A stretch of DNA of 64,000 bases, taken from contig JAWACY010000001.1 in the NCBI GenBank assembly GCA_038896535.1, positions 355,111 through 419,110 on the forward strand. Reading direction: 5' to 3'. Below are positions 33,081 to 42,590 of the stretch, one piece after another. Each line of letters begins with the position of its first letter. Position 1 is the stretch's first letter. Made by a program: the position numbers and the translations under genes. The stretch comes from Candidatus Anstonellales archaeon (GTDB lineage Archaea > Micrarchaeota > Micrarchaeia > Anstonellales > J096). Below the pieces are notes generated by a model, which was not told the DNA's origin, made no database searches, and saw only the letters and a list, made by a program, of their open reading frames with translations.

Positions 33081-33082
33081 TA

Positions 33083-33676
33083 TTATTTGCCTAAAACTTT
33101 TATCCCATTATCACTTGCCACAATGACATTTCCATCTTTGAATGTACAGTATTCAAATATTGACTCGATATTATTGCTTATTGTTTTTATTCTCCAGCTT
33201 TTGTTAAAGTCTACCTGCTTCCAAAATAGAGCATCAAGTTCAAAAAATTTTATATCCATTTTCTCATCTGCAGGATGAAAAACAAATACCTTTAATTTGG
33301 GTGCCCTATCAAGCTTATTCGCCATCTCAAGTTCTTTTTCATCAATAATGCCATTTATTATATAACCATTTGCAAGCATTACGCTAAAAGTGCCTGGCAT
33401 TGGAAATGCTTTTATTTGTTCACTGCTATTTATTGTTTTTTTGCTTTCATTATTTTGTTCTTTTACAAGAATATATATTGGACAATTTATCATATCTTGA
33501 AAATGTTGTTCTTTTTCCTGTACTTTTTTGTATTCATGAAATTCTAAATTCTCATTTATCCTAGATACCAAAGGCTCAAAATGTATAAATATAGGCATCA
33601 AAGCCGGCAAAATAAAAGTTTTAACAAATTTTTCTTTTTTCATCCCCATTCCCCAATAAAATAATTTTATAAGCAT
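33083..33676 (-). CDS. Hypothetical protein with N-terminal hydrophobic segment
   Basis: 197-aa ORF convergent on tRNA-Glu. Confidence 0.6.
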   Translation of the reverse strand: MLIKLFYWGMGMKKEKFVKTFILPALMPIFIHFEPLVSRINENLEFHEYKKVQEKEQHFQDMINCPIYILVKEQNNESKKTINSSEQIKAFPMPGTFSVMLANGYIINGIIDEKELEMANKLDRAPKLKVFVFHPADEKMDIKFFELDALFWKQVDFNKSWRIKTISNNIESIFEYCTFKDGNVIVASDNGIKVLGK

Positions 33677-33922
33677 TTAAAAATATTTATGTATTAATAA
33701 TGAATGTTAAAAATGATTTAAAAATGATAGTTAGTTATAATAGTTAGTTTGTATTAATAAGACATAAGTTGTTATCCTGTCCAAATAATTGCCAATAATC
33801 TTTTCAAATAAGATATAAATGATCTGGAAGATGAAGGTTTATTTAAGATTTAAGCATTTCTGACAGCAGCCAATTATTAAATAATTACAATGAATAGAAA
33901 CTGATGAAAAGAAAGTAAAAAT

Positions 33923-33969
33923 TATAAAAACAGCATATAAATAATTAAAAACTCTTACTTGAAAATACA
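33923..33969 (+). promoter_or_regulatory. Repeated promoter cassette (A-rich BRE-like plus TATAAATA) of the repeat-family gene
   Basis: TATAAATA about 30 nt before the ATG at 33973; near-identical copy at 30787-30833. Confidence 0.7.
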
Positions 33970-33972
33970 CAT

Positions 33973-34704
33973 ATGAGCCAACAAAAACAGAATACTGAAG
34001 AACAAACAAGACCGAAGAAAGTTAGAGTATGGCAACGACTAATAAAAGCAACAAAAGAAATAAAAGAAAGGTTAAGATTAAGAAGAGCAGAAATTATAAT
34101 AAAACAAAACAAAGATAAAATACCAAGGGAAATACAAGCCAAATTAATAGGGACACAAAACGAAGAAGAGAAAAACACATTAAAGATAATAGTTGCTAAT
34201 ATTTTGACAAAAATTAATAATGATTATACAAGAGAAGAGGCATTCGAAGCTCTTAACTCCATCTTACAAAACCCCAATTTCAAATCAGAATGGCTAACCG
34301 CAGAATTAGGGGAAAAAATCTCATCAATAGCAAATACAATAATAAAAAATACACCAGAACAATCAACAAGATGGGCATTTAAAGCTCTTAATTCCCTCTT
34401 ACAAAACCCCAATTTCACCCCCAAATTTATACCACTAATTGAAATAATGATAAAAGGTAAAAAAGGCCCAGAAATTCAAAAAACCTTAGAAAAGTTCAAT
34501 GAAATTATAAAAGAAGAAAAATCAATAGTATTATTACAAGATCTAGCCAATAAAGATGAAAAGATAATAAATGAAGCTGTTGCAATTATGCTTAACCCTG
34601 TTTTCTTTAATAATCTTCCTGATAAAGAGGAATTAATAGAAATAATAAAAGCAATTAAAAAATGTGATGCAAAATATATTGAGGAAATTTTCTCTTCTTT
34701 GTGA
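33973..34704 (+). CDS. Multicopy-family protein with 45-aa helical (HEAT-like) repeats
   Basis: AFEALNSILQNPNF and AFKALNSLLQNPNF 45 aa apart; paralogous DNA at 24011-24288 and 63773-64000. Confidence 0.8.
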   Translation: MSQQKQNTEEQTRPKKVRVWQRLIKATKEIKERLRLRRAEIIIKQNKDKIPREIQAKLIGTQNEEEKNTLKIIVANILTKINNDYTREEAFEALNSILQNPNFKSEWLTAELGEKISSIANTIIKNTPEQSTRWAFKALNSLLQNPNFTPKFIPLIEIMIKGKKGPEIQKTLEKFNEIIKEEKSIVLLQDLANKDEKIINEAVAIMLNPVFFNNLPDKEELIEIIKAIKKCDAKYIEEIFSSL

Positions 34705-34822
34705 TTCTGAATTTTAATTTACCCATTACACATTATTACACATTTAATGTCTTAGAATTTAGCTTGCATTATGGCTTGCATTAAATGATAAGTATTAATA
34801 ATAGTTTTACCACATTAAATAA

Positions 34823-35434
34823 ATGGAATCATTAAAGGCCATGGTTGAATATTTAAAAGATGCTGGCTTTTTAACCAAGCCAGATGTTGAGCTAGCCTTT
34901 TTATCTGTTGATAGAGCCTTTTTTGTCCCTGATCAATACAAAGATTATGCTTATGCTGATATAGCAATCCCAATAAAAGAGAATGTAACAATATCCGCCC
35001 CTTCTGTAATAGCCAGAACAATAGAGCTAAGCGAGATAAAAATTGGGAGCAATGTATTGGAGATAGGCACTGGCTCTGGCTATAGCACTGCTTTAATAAA
35101 ACACATAATAAAAGATGGCTTGCTTTATTCTGTTGAAATAGATAGCTTGGCATATGAATATGCTAAAAGAAAATTGGAAAAACTTGGCCTTGCTGATGAA
35201 ATAAAGCTATTCAATGCAGATGGAAAAAATATATTTTTTAAAGAAAGCATGTTTGATGCAATTATATTGCATGCCTCATTCAATAGAATATATGAAAATT
35301 GGAAAAGGCAGTTAAAAGAGCATGCTTGCATTGTTGGGCCTTATGAAAAAGAACCTTTTTACCAATTTCTTGTTAAATATAAAGATGGAAATCTTATATT
35401 TGACATTCCTGTTTTATATGTGCCATTAATATAG
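34823..35434 (+). CDS. pcm: Protein-L-isoaspartate O-methyltransferase
   Basis: VDRAFFVP, AYAD, TISAP, VLEIGTGSGY SAM-binding motif. Confidence 0.9.
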   Translation: MESLKAMVEYLKDAGFLTKPDVELAFLSVDRAFFVPDQYKDYAYADIAIPIKENVTISAPSVIARTIELSEIKIGSNVLEIGTGSGYSTALIKHIIKDGLLYSVEIDSLAYEYAKRKLEKLGLADEIKLFNADGKNIFFKESMFDAIILHASFNRIYENWKRQLKEHACIVGPYEKEPFYQFLVKYKDGNLIFDIPVLYVPLI

Positions 35435-35496
35435 TGCTATAAAGTCATCGCTATTCATTTGGTATGATTTTTAAATTTTACTTCATTTATTTATAT

Positions 35497-36402
35497 ATGT
35501 TAATGTGGTTTAACAATAAACTTATAGATGAAAAAGATTTTTCTATACATCCTTTAAGCCATAGCCTGCATTATGGTGATGCTGCATTCGAAGGCTTGAG
35601 GGCTTATAATTTGGGTAATAAAAAAACTGGGATTTTTAGAATAAGAGAACATGCCAACAGGCTTGTTTACAGCAGTTCTGTATTGATGGGGAAAAAAGTG
35701 CTTACAGTTGAGGAAGTAGAGAAGGGCATCATAGAAACAATAAGGGGGAATAAGATAAGTGAAGCTTATATAAGGCCAATATTTTTTCTTGGAAATGGGA
35801 CAATTGGTATAAACAATCTTGATAAAAACCAGAGGTTTTTTGCTGTTATGGCCTTGCCTTTTCCTCCATTCCTCGATAAAAATAAAGCGATAAGGGTTTT
35901 GATATCAAGTTATAGAAAAACGCCTAGCATATGCCAGCCAGCAAATGCAAAGATATCTGCTAATTATGTTAACAGCATCCTAGCAAGCAGAGAAGCAAGA
36001 ATTTCTGGTTATGATGAAGCGCTTTTATTAAATATACATAATAGAATAGCGGAGGGCCCTGGAGAGAATATATTCATAGTAAAAAATGAGAAACTATTTA
36101 CCCCACCATTAGATGAAGATTTATTAGAAGGCATAACAAGGGATAGCATAATTAAATTGGCAGAGCATATGGGCATTGAGGTTATAGAAAAACCTATAAG
36201 CATTGCTGAATTATTGAATGCAGATGAAGCATTTTTTACTGGAACTGCTGCTGAAGTTGTTGGCATAGGAGAAGTTTCTGGTTATAAAATAGGGGACGGG
36301 AATATTGGGGGCATAACAAAAAAATTGCAATCATTATATGAGAAAGCAACAAAAGGAAAAATAAAGGCATTTAGACATTGGGTAAAAGAAGTTAAGCTTT
36401 AG
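35497..36402 (+). CDS. ilvE: Branched-chain amino acid aminotransferase
   Basis: LHYGDAAFEGLRAY, AKISANYVNS, GYDEALLL, EGPGENIF, LEGITR, FFTGTAAEV. Confidence 0.95.
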   Translation: MLMWFNNKLIDEKDFSIHPLSHSLHYGDAAFEGLRAYNLGNKKTGIFRIREHANRLVYSSSVLMGKKVLTVEEVEKGIIETIRGNKISEAYIRPIFFLGNGTIGINNLDKNQRFFAVMALPFPPFLDKNKAIRVLISSYRKTPSICQPANAKISANYVNSILASREARISGYDEALLLNIHNRIAEGPGENIFIVKNEKLFTPPLDEDLLEGITRDSIIKLAEHMGIEVIEKPISIAELLNADEAFFTGTAAEVVGIGEVSGYKIGDGNIGGITKKLQSLYEKATKGKIKAFRHWVKEVKL

Positions 36403-38207
36403 CCTGCTTGATTCATAAAAAATTTCTTTACATAATAAAGATAATTTGCAGTTTCTAATACATCATGTGGAAGCATTTTCTTATATGAAGAAAACCTATC
36501 ATCCATAAAAATAATTGCTGCTTTATCGCTCTCTTTTCTTATTGCTCTTCCGCTTGCTTGCAAAGCTTTTATTATTGCTGGATATATATAAGCATATGCC
36601 ATTCCCTTGCCAAATTTTTTATCATAGTGCTCAATAAGTGCTTTTCTCTCTAATGTCATTTCATCTAATGCAAGGCCTGCAATGACCAATATCTTTATTT
36701 CTCCTTCTGAAAAATCTATTCCCTCAGCAAAAGAGCCACCTTGAACTGCTAACAATAATGATTTTTCAGCCCTAAAAAGTTCAAGCAGCATTGCATTATC
36801 TTTTGGCTTTGCATCTTTTTGTTGCATTAAAATTGGATAACTCTTAACCCTTGCTTTTACTTCCTCCATGAATTCAAATGAAGGGAAGAAAACGGCAACA
36901 CCGCCAGGGCTTATGTTAAATAAAGAATCAATAGCATTGGCATATTTCTCATACATCGCATTACCCCTTATCTCATATTTTGATGTGAATCCCTTTGCTA
37001 TAAGCATTAATCTATTACTTTTCGGAAATGGGTCCTCATAAGTTTTCATGACAGCATTTTCAAGGCCAAGTATATCTTTATACATCTCAATTGGCTTCAA
37101 TGTCCCGCTCATGAATATTGATGCAAATGCCTTATTAGATATCCTAGTTATTATTGAAGGATCGAGACATTTCTTGCTTATTGATATGCCCCTATCTGTC
37201 TTTTTTATTATTCTAACGCTAGCATCATTTTCTTGCCATAATGACAAAAATGATGCAATCTTAGTGCAAAAGCTATTTTTGTTTGTTTGCTTAGTATATT
37301 CTTCTCCAACGCTTGCAAAATAATGCATAAGCTCTTCAATATTATCTGGCAAGTATTTTTCCAGCTCATCTTTTGTTAATAGACTCTCATTTTTGCCCAA
37401 AAGTTTTTTTTCTTCAAGCTTTTTGAATGTATCTACCAGGCTTATCTTATCAGCATTTATCTGTTCTTGCTCTTGTTCTGCCTTTTTTGCCATCAAGCTA
37501 GTTATTGTTTTTGATAAATATTGCATAAGCCTTGCTGGTAGATTATGTGCTTCATCAACAATTATTATGCTGTCTTCAACATTTTTCTTCGCCTTTTTAA
37601 GTAAAACTTCCCTTATCTGAGGAATGAAGAAATGGTAATAGTCAGCTATTATAATATTTGCATCTCTTGATACTTTTAACATAAGTTCATAAGGGCATGC
37701 TTCATGCTCAATACCAAAATTAATGATTTCTTTATGGCTTGGTTCTTTGTAATATATTTTTACTTTTTTTATCAACTCTTCTGCTTCCATACTCTCTTTT
37801 TGATTATAACCTATTGCCCTTCTATGATAATAACATTGTTCATTTTCTCTTAAACTCTGACATGCTGTATAAAAATTGTCATGGTCCAACTTTGAGATAA
37901 CAGAGAAAAGACATGTATAGCGCCTGCCTATTATATCACATGTCCTTATTGAAGTGCCATATTTCGCATTTATTCCCTTTACAACATCAATTGCTATGTT
38001 GTGCTGGCTTATCTTTGGCGTCAAAAAAAATACGTTTAATCCTTTTTCAAGAGCCACTGTCAGGCTTGGGCCAAGAACAGCATCAGTTTTTCCCAGCCCC
38101 ATGGGAGCATGAGCAAGCATCTGCTTATTAGATTCGATTGCAATGATTACATCATTTATGAGCTTATCCTGATATTTTCTGAATTTATCATGCCTGAATA
38201 AGAGCAT
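36399..38207 (-). CDS. xpd: XPD/Rad3-family ATP-dependent DNA helicase (Fe-S)
   Basis: Q motif FRKYQ, APMGLGKT, Fe-S cysteines ending in ACPY, IVDEAHNL, SGTL, EGIDF, QASGRAIR. Confidence 0.9.
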   Translation of the reverse strand: MLLFRHDKFRKYQDKLINDVIIAIESNKQMLAHAPMGLGKTDAVLGPSLTVALEKGLNVFFLTPKISQHNIAIDVVKGINAKYGTSIRTCDIIGRRYTCLFSVISKLDHDNFYTACQSLRENEQCYYHRRAIGYNQKESMEAEELIKKVKIYYKEPSHKEIINFGIEHEACPYELMLKVSRDANIIIADYYHFFIPQIREVLLKKAKKNVEDSIIIVDEAHNLPARLMQYLSKTITSLMAKKAEQEQEQINADKISLVDTFKKLEEKKLLGKNESLLTKDELEKYLPDNIEELMHYFASVGEEYTKQTNKNSFCTKIASFLSLWQENDASVRIIKKTDRGISISKKCLDPSIITRISNKAFASIFMSGTLKPIEMYKDILGLENAVMKTYEDPFPKSNRLMLIAKGFTSKYEIRGNAMYEKYANAIDSLFNISPGGVAVFFPSFEFMEEVKARVKSYPILMQQKDAKPKDNAMLLELFRAEKSLLLAVQGGSFAEGIDFSEGEIKILVIAGLALDEMTLERKALIEHYDKKFGKGMAYAYIYPAIIKALQASGRAIRKESDKAAIIFMDDRFSSYKKMLPHDVLETANYLYYVKKFFMNQAG

Positions 38208-38249
38208 AAATTATTGTTGAAAAACCCTTTTAAATACTTACAATAAATA

Positions 38250-39257
38250 ATGCATATGCGAGATAAAAAAGAAATTGATGATTATCTGCCTTGGACTGAG
38301 AAATACAGGCCGAAGAGATTAAATGAAGTCATAGGGCAAGAGCAGATTGTTAAGGTTATGAAAGCATTTGTGGAAAAAGGAACTATGCCACATTTATTAT
38401 TCGCTGGCCCTCCTGGGGTTGGCAAAACAACAATAGCAATTGCAATTGCACATGAATTATATAAAGATCAGCTAGCAGGAAATTTTCTTGAAACTAACGC
38501 AAGTGACGAGAGGGGTATAGACATTATCAGGGGAAAAATAAAAGAATTTTCACGTTCATTAACTGCAAATGATGTGGGCTTTAAGATCATATTCTTAGAT
38601 GAAGCAGATGCATTAACACAAGATGCCCAACATGCATTAAGAAGAACTATGGAGATATTTTCAAAAGAAACTAGGATGATATTAAGTTGTAATTATTCTA
38701 GCAAAATTATAGAGCCAATACAAAGCAGAACAGCAATTTTTAGATTTTCACAGCTTGACGAGAAAGATGTTGAGAAAATGGTAAAAAGAATAGAGAAAGG
38801 AGAAAATCTGAAAGTAAGCGATGAAGCAATAAAGGCACTATACTATATATCAGAAGGCGATTTGAGAAAAGTAATAAATATATTACAAGGAGCAGCTTTT
38901 ATAGATAAAAAAATAGACGAGGAAATAGTGTATAAAATAGCTGGCAGGGCGAGTCCAAAAGAAGTGAAAGAACTTTTGAAAATTGCTTATGAGGGCAGGT
39001 TTAATGAAGCCAGAAAGATGGCAGAAGCCCTTATGTTTCAAAATGGATTAAGCGCAGAAGATATATTAATACAATTTTATAAAGAACTCTTCCATATGCA
39101 AATATCAGATAATGAAAAAGCATTTATTGCAGAGAAGATTGCTGATTATAACTTTCGCATTGTTGAAGGGGCAAATGAAAAAATACAGCTAGATGCATTA
39201 TTGGCCCAGATTGGATTGGCAAGGCAATTAACAAAGCACAGCACTAAAAATGATTGA
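38250..39257 (+). CDS. rfcS: Replication factor C small subunit
   Basis: PWTEKYRP, GPPGVGKT, NASDERGID, LDEAD, IQSR; no intein. Confidence 0.96.
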   Translation: MHMRDKKEIDDYLPWTEKYRPKRLNEVIGQEQIVKVMKAFVEKGTMPHLLFAGPPGVGKTTIAIAIAHELYKDQLAGNFLETNASDERGIDIIRGKIKEFSRSLTANDVGFKIIFLDEADALTQDAQHALRRTMEIFSKETRMILSCNYSSKIIEPIQSRTAIFRFSQLDEKDVEKMVKRIEKGENLKVSDEAIKALYYISEGDLRKVINILQGAAFIDKKIDEEIVYKIAGRASPKEVKELLKIAYEGRFNEARKMAEALMFQNGLSAEDILIQFYKELFHMQISDNEKAFIAEKIADYNFRIVEGANEKIQLDALLAQIGLARQLTKHSTKND

Positions 39258-39292
39258 TAAAAATGGCTGATGAAATAAAGCCAATGTGTTCA

Positions 39293-40213
39293 TCACTTTA
39301 TCATTATAACTCCTTTTCTTGCCATTCTTAAATCAAAAGTTCTAAAACCGCTGGGCAATTTTTTCAGTATTGAGGCTATATCATTTTTCGTTTTTTCAAT
39401 TAATATTCTCTCTTTTCTCCTTTTTTTATTATATAATATTGCTATTGCTGGCCCAGAACCAGATAAAAAGCAAGGCAGGCTAGATGCATTTATTGCTTCC
39501 TCAAGAATTGATGTGTTATGCAAAGCAAGCCTATAAGGTTGATGTATTTTATCTTTCACAAGTTCAAAAAGTTTTTTAGTATTTCCTTGCTTCAATGCTT
39601 CTATTATTGATATGGCCCTTTGTAAATTATATAATACATCATCTATTTTATATAAATCTGGCAAGGCCTTCCTTGCCTCGCTTGTCTTTGTCCTTAAATT
39701 TGGTAGAAAGATAAAAACATTGTATGGGCATTCTTTATATATATCATAATTAAAAGGCTGGTTCATAACACTTACGAGATTGCCAAAAAGACATGGTAAT
39801 AAATTATCATAATGTCCTTCGATTTCATAAGCAAGCTTCAATATCTCATCATAATAATTTCTATAATTAATGCCGTTAAAAAATGCTGCTGCCAATATGC
39901 CTGCAATAATAGCTGTTGCTGAGCTTCCTAAACCAGAACATGGAGGGATTTTATTTATTGCCTCAACTTTTATTTTATTAAATGAACCAAACTTCTCTGA
40001 TGCTTTTTTGTATGCTTCATAAAATATATCTCCATCTAATGAATGTTCAAATGCATAAATTTTATAGTAACTGCTTCTCTGGCATAAAAATACATTCCTT
40101 AAATTTAATGCCATTCCTAACGTATCAAACGCAGGACCAAAATTTGTTATTGATGCTGGCAATGATATGGCCAAATGCTCGCTTTCATAATGCTTATTTA
40201 TTACTCTTTGCAT
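39293..40213 (-). CDS. thrB: Homoserine kinase (GHMP family)
   Basis: PASITNFGPAFDTLGMAL, IPPCSGLGSSA, IEGHYDN, TSEARKALP, HQPYR, LSGSGP. Confidence 0.9.
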   Translation of the reverse strand: MQRVINKHYESEHLAISLPASITNFGPAFDTLGMALNLRNVFLCQRSSYYKIYAFEHSLDGDIFYEAYKKASEKFGSFNKIKVEAINKIPPCSGLGSSATAIIAGILAAAFFNGINYRNYYDEILKLAYEIEGHYDNLLPCLFGNLVSVMNQPFNYDIYKECPYNVFIFLPNLRTKTSEARKALPDLYKIDDVLYNLQRAISIIEALKQGNTKKLFELVKDKIHQPYRLALHNTSILEEAINASSLPCFLSGSGPAIAILYNKKRRKERILIEKTKNDIASILKKLPSGFRTFDLRMARKGVIMIK

Positions 40214-40343
40214 AATATATTATAGGCTGGTAAAATTTTATAAAAAATAGCTAAAATTTTGCTTGATGAAAGATTAAGGAAAGGTATTTAAATTTTACTA
40301 TTACAATTACTAATATAAATTAAAAAGGAGGAAAAGGTCTCTG

Positions 40344-41486
40344 ATGGAGGCTGTTGCAGAGGGCGATAAAAGCTCGAATATCGATGGCCCGCCTTTTGCT
40401 TTAGTTAGAAAAATTAGCGAAAGTTCTGCTGGGCCTTTAAATTTAAATTCAGAAAACAGAGGGTTTGCTGTCAATATAATTAATGCTAATGAAAATGCTG
40501 ATAGGGCATTAAGTAGCAAACAAAATATTAAAAGAATTTTTCTAAATGCTGATCCTTTAACTGATGAACTTGATTTTGATAGTCCTGATAAAGATGTTCC
40601 TGATAAAGATGTTGATGAAGGAGATGGGGAAGATAATGATAATGAAGAGCCCCCAGTTATTTTAGATGAAGAATACTTAGCTGAATTATTAGAAGAGCTA
40701 TTCTTATCTGCATTTTGTGGAGAAGATGATGCTGAAATTGATGGAGTTGATGATAAATATGAGGGGGAAGATGAATTTAAAGATGCAGAAGATAGCAAAG
40801 AAAATGAAATTGAAACATTGAATGGGGGAGAAGAAAATGAAGGAGAGGGATTAACCCATAGTTCAGAAGAAGTTGATGAGGGAGAAAATGTGGACAATGA
40901 AGAATTTGATGAAGGAGAAAATGAAGAGGAAGAAATTAATAGTGTTGAAACAAATACTGAAGAGGGCTTGGATGAAAAAGATGAAACAAGCATCGAAATT
41001 AATGATGGAGAAAGCGAAGTTGATGAAGATGATAAAGATAGCATAGAAAATGAAGTAATTAGAGATTCTGAAGAAAAAATTGAAGAAGAAATTGAAGAAG
41101 ATGGATTAGGTAATACTGATGCTGAGAACGATGAAGGAAAAAATGAAGAAGGGGAAGATGAAAAAATAGAAGATGAAAATGTTGAAGAAGATAATGCTAG
41201 CATTGAGGGAGTTGATGATAAATATGAGGGAGAAGATGAATTTAAAGATGCAGAAGATAGCAAAGAAAATGAAATTGAAACATTGAATGAGGGAGAAGAA
41301 AATGAAGGAGAGGGATTAACCCATAGTTCAGAAGAAGTTGATGAGGGAGAAAATGATAATGAATTTGATAATGAATTATTTGATATTAGCAATAACGAAA
41401 ATGAAATTGAATTTGATTTAACAAGTAATGAGCAAGTTGAAGATCAAGGAATTGATTCACATTTTGAAGATGACTTATCTGATTAA
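40344..41486 (+). CDS. Extremely acidic, probably disordered protein with an internal duplication
   Basis: 380 aa dominated by D/E/N/G; GGAGG upstream; GAA/GAT codon bias consistent with a real gene. Confidence 0.75.
   Translation: MEAVAEGDKSSNIDGPPFALVRKISESSAGPLNLNSENRGFAVNIINANENADRALSSKQNIKRIFLNADPLTDELDFDSPDKDVPDKDVDEGDGEDNDNEEPPVILDEEYLAELLEELFLSAFCGEDDAEIDGVDDKYEGEDEFKDAEDSKENEIETLNGGEENEGEGLTHSSEEVDEGENVDNEEFDEGENEEEEINSVETNTEEGLDEKDETSIEINDGESEVDEDDKDSIENEVIRDSEEKIEEEIEEDGLGNTDAENDEGKNEEGEDEKIEDENVEEDNASIEGVDDKYEGEDEFKDAEDSKENEIETLNEGEENEGEGLTHSSEEVDEGENDNEFDNELFDISNNENEIEFDLTSNEQVEDQGIDSHFEDDLSD
40743..41355 (+). repeat. 148-bp in-frame direct repeat (40743-40890 and 41208-41355)
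   Basis: Near-identical copies 465 bp apart encoding GVDDKYEGEDEFKDAEDSKENEIETLN.GEENEGEGLTHSSEEVDEGEN. Confidence 0.92.
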
Positions 41487-41495
41487 CCTTTTATT

Positions 41496-42533
41496 TCATG
41501 TCTTTAATTTTCCTCTTACTTTAACGTATGTTGCATAATCAATATATTGTTTATTTTTAATGAAGTACTCAAGCTTAATTGATCTGTTCTGCACTTCTTT
41601 AATTTTATCCTTAACTTCAAATATAAATGAATCGCTGCCAGCACCAGAGCCAAAGCTCGTTAATAAAATCAGTTCTCCTGCTTTTGCATTATCCAATACG
41701 TTTGCCAATGCAAGCATTGATGCCCCGCTGTACGTATTACCAATATAAGGAACAAGCAAGCTGTGGGACATTTGTTTTTTATCAACGCCAAGCTTTTTTG
41801 CAATACTTAAAGGGAATTTTGCATTCGGTTGATGGAATATGACATGAGAAAAATCGGATATTTTATAACCAGTTTCATCAAGTGCTTTTTTTGTACATTC
41901 ATATACGTGCCTAAAATATCCAGGCTCTCCAGTAAATCTGCCTCCATGAGATGGATAAAGTGCATGTGCCCTTCTCCAAAAATCTGGTGTATCTGTTGTA
42001 TAAGAGCATGTATACAATATTTCAGCAATGACATTTTCATTTCCTATTAAAAAAGCTGCTCCACCACTTGCTGCACTATATTCAAGTGCATCCCCTGGCT
42101 TTGATTGTGCTGTATCTGCCCCTATTGCAAGCCCATATTTTATATTTCCTGCCTTTACCATACCAAAAACTGCTTGCATTGCTGCTGTGCCTGCTTTACA
42201 AGCAAACTCCCAATCTGCTGCTGTTGAAAATGGAAAGGCATCTATTGCTTCTCCAACTATTGTTGCAGTAGGCTTAACAGCATATGGATGGCTTTCGCTT
42301 CCAACATATATTGCCCCTATTTCTCTTGCTTCTATGTCAACCCTTTCTAAAGCTATTCTTGCAGCTTCAACTGCTATTGTGGCAGTATCTTCATCAAAAT
42401 TTGCAACTGCTTTTTCTTTTATGCCCAGCCCTTCTTCAATCCTTACTGGGTCTTCTCCCCATACATGCGCTATAACATTAGATTTAATCCTTAATTTAGG
42501 CACATATCCGCCATATGAAACAATGCCGGCCAT
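41496..42533 (-). CDS. Hydroxymethylglutaryl-CoA synthase (archaeal)
   Basis: GIVSYGGYVP, DEDTATIAVEA, GSESHPYAVKP, EFACKAGT, FHQPNAKFP, GNTYSG, SFGSGAGSD. Confidence 0.95.
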   Translation of the reverse strand: MAGIVSYGGYVPKLRIKSNVIAHVWGEDPVRIEEGLGIKEKAVANFDEDTATIAVEAARIALERVDIEAREIGAIYVGSESHPYAVKPTATIVGEAIDAFPFSTAADWEFACKAGTAAMQAVFGMVKAGNIKYGLAIGADTAQSKPGDALEYSAASGGAAFLIGNENVIAEILYTCSYTTDTPDFWRRAHALYPSHGGRFTGEPGYFRHVYECTKKALDETGYKISDFSHVIFHQPNAKFPLSIAKKLGVDKKQMSHSLLVPYIGNTYSGASMLALANVLDNAKAGELILLTSFGSGAGSDSFIFEVKDKIKEVQNRSIKLEYFIKNKQYIDYATYVKVRGKLKT

Positions 42534-42590
42534 AAAAAAAGCACAGCACAAGCATATTAAAACATAACTATTGCTATTTCGACTTTTTAT

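Noticed and set aside
32946..33278. 110-aa ORF
   Set aside because: Spans tRNA-Glu and lies antisense to another ORF
33815..33910. C/D box sRNA
   Set aside because: CTGA and TGATGA-like words occur but not in a convincing C...D'...C'...D arrangement
30897..34704. tRNA-integrated provirus or genomic island
   Set aside because: No integrase, no duplicated tRNA 3' end and no viral hallmark genes
40310..41392. 360-aa Ser-rich minus-strand ORF
   Set aside because: Antisense shadow of the GAA/GAT-rich acidic gene, whose reverse complement is naturally poor in stop codons
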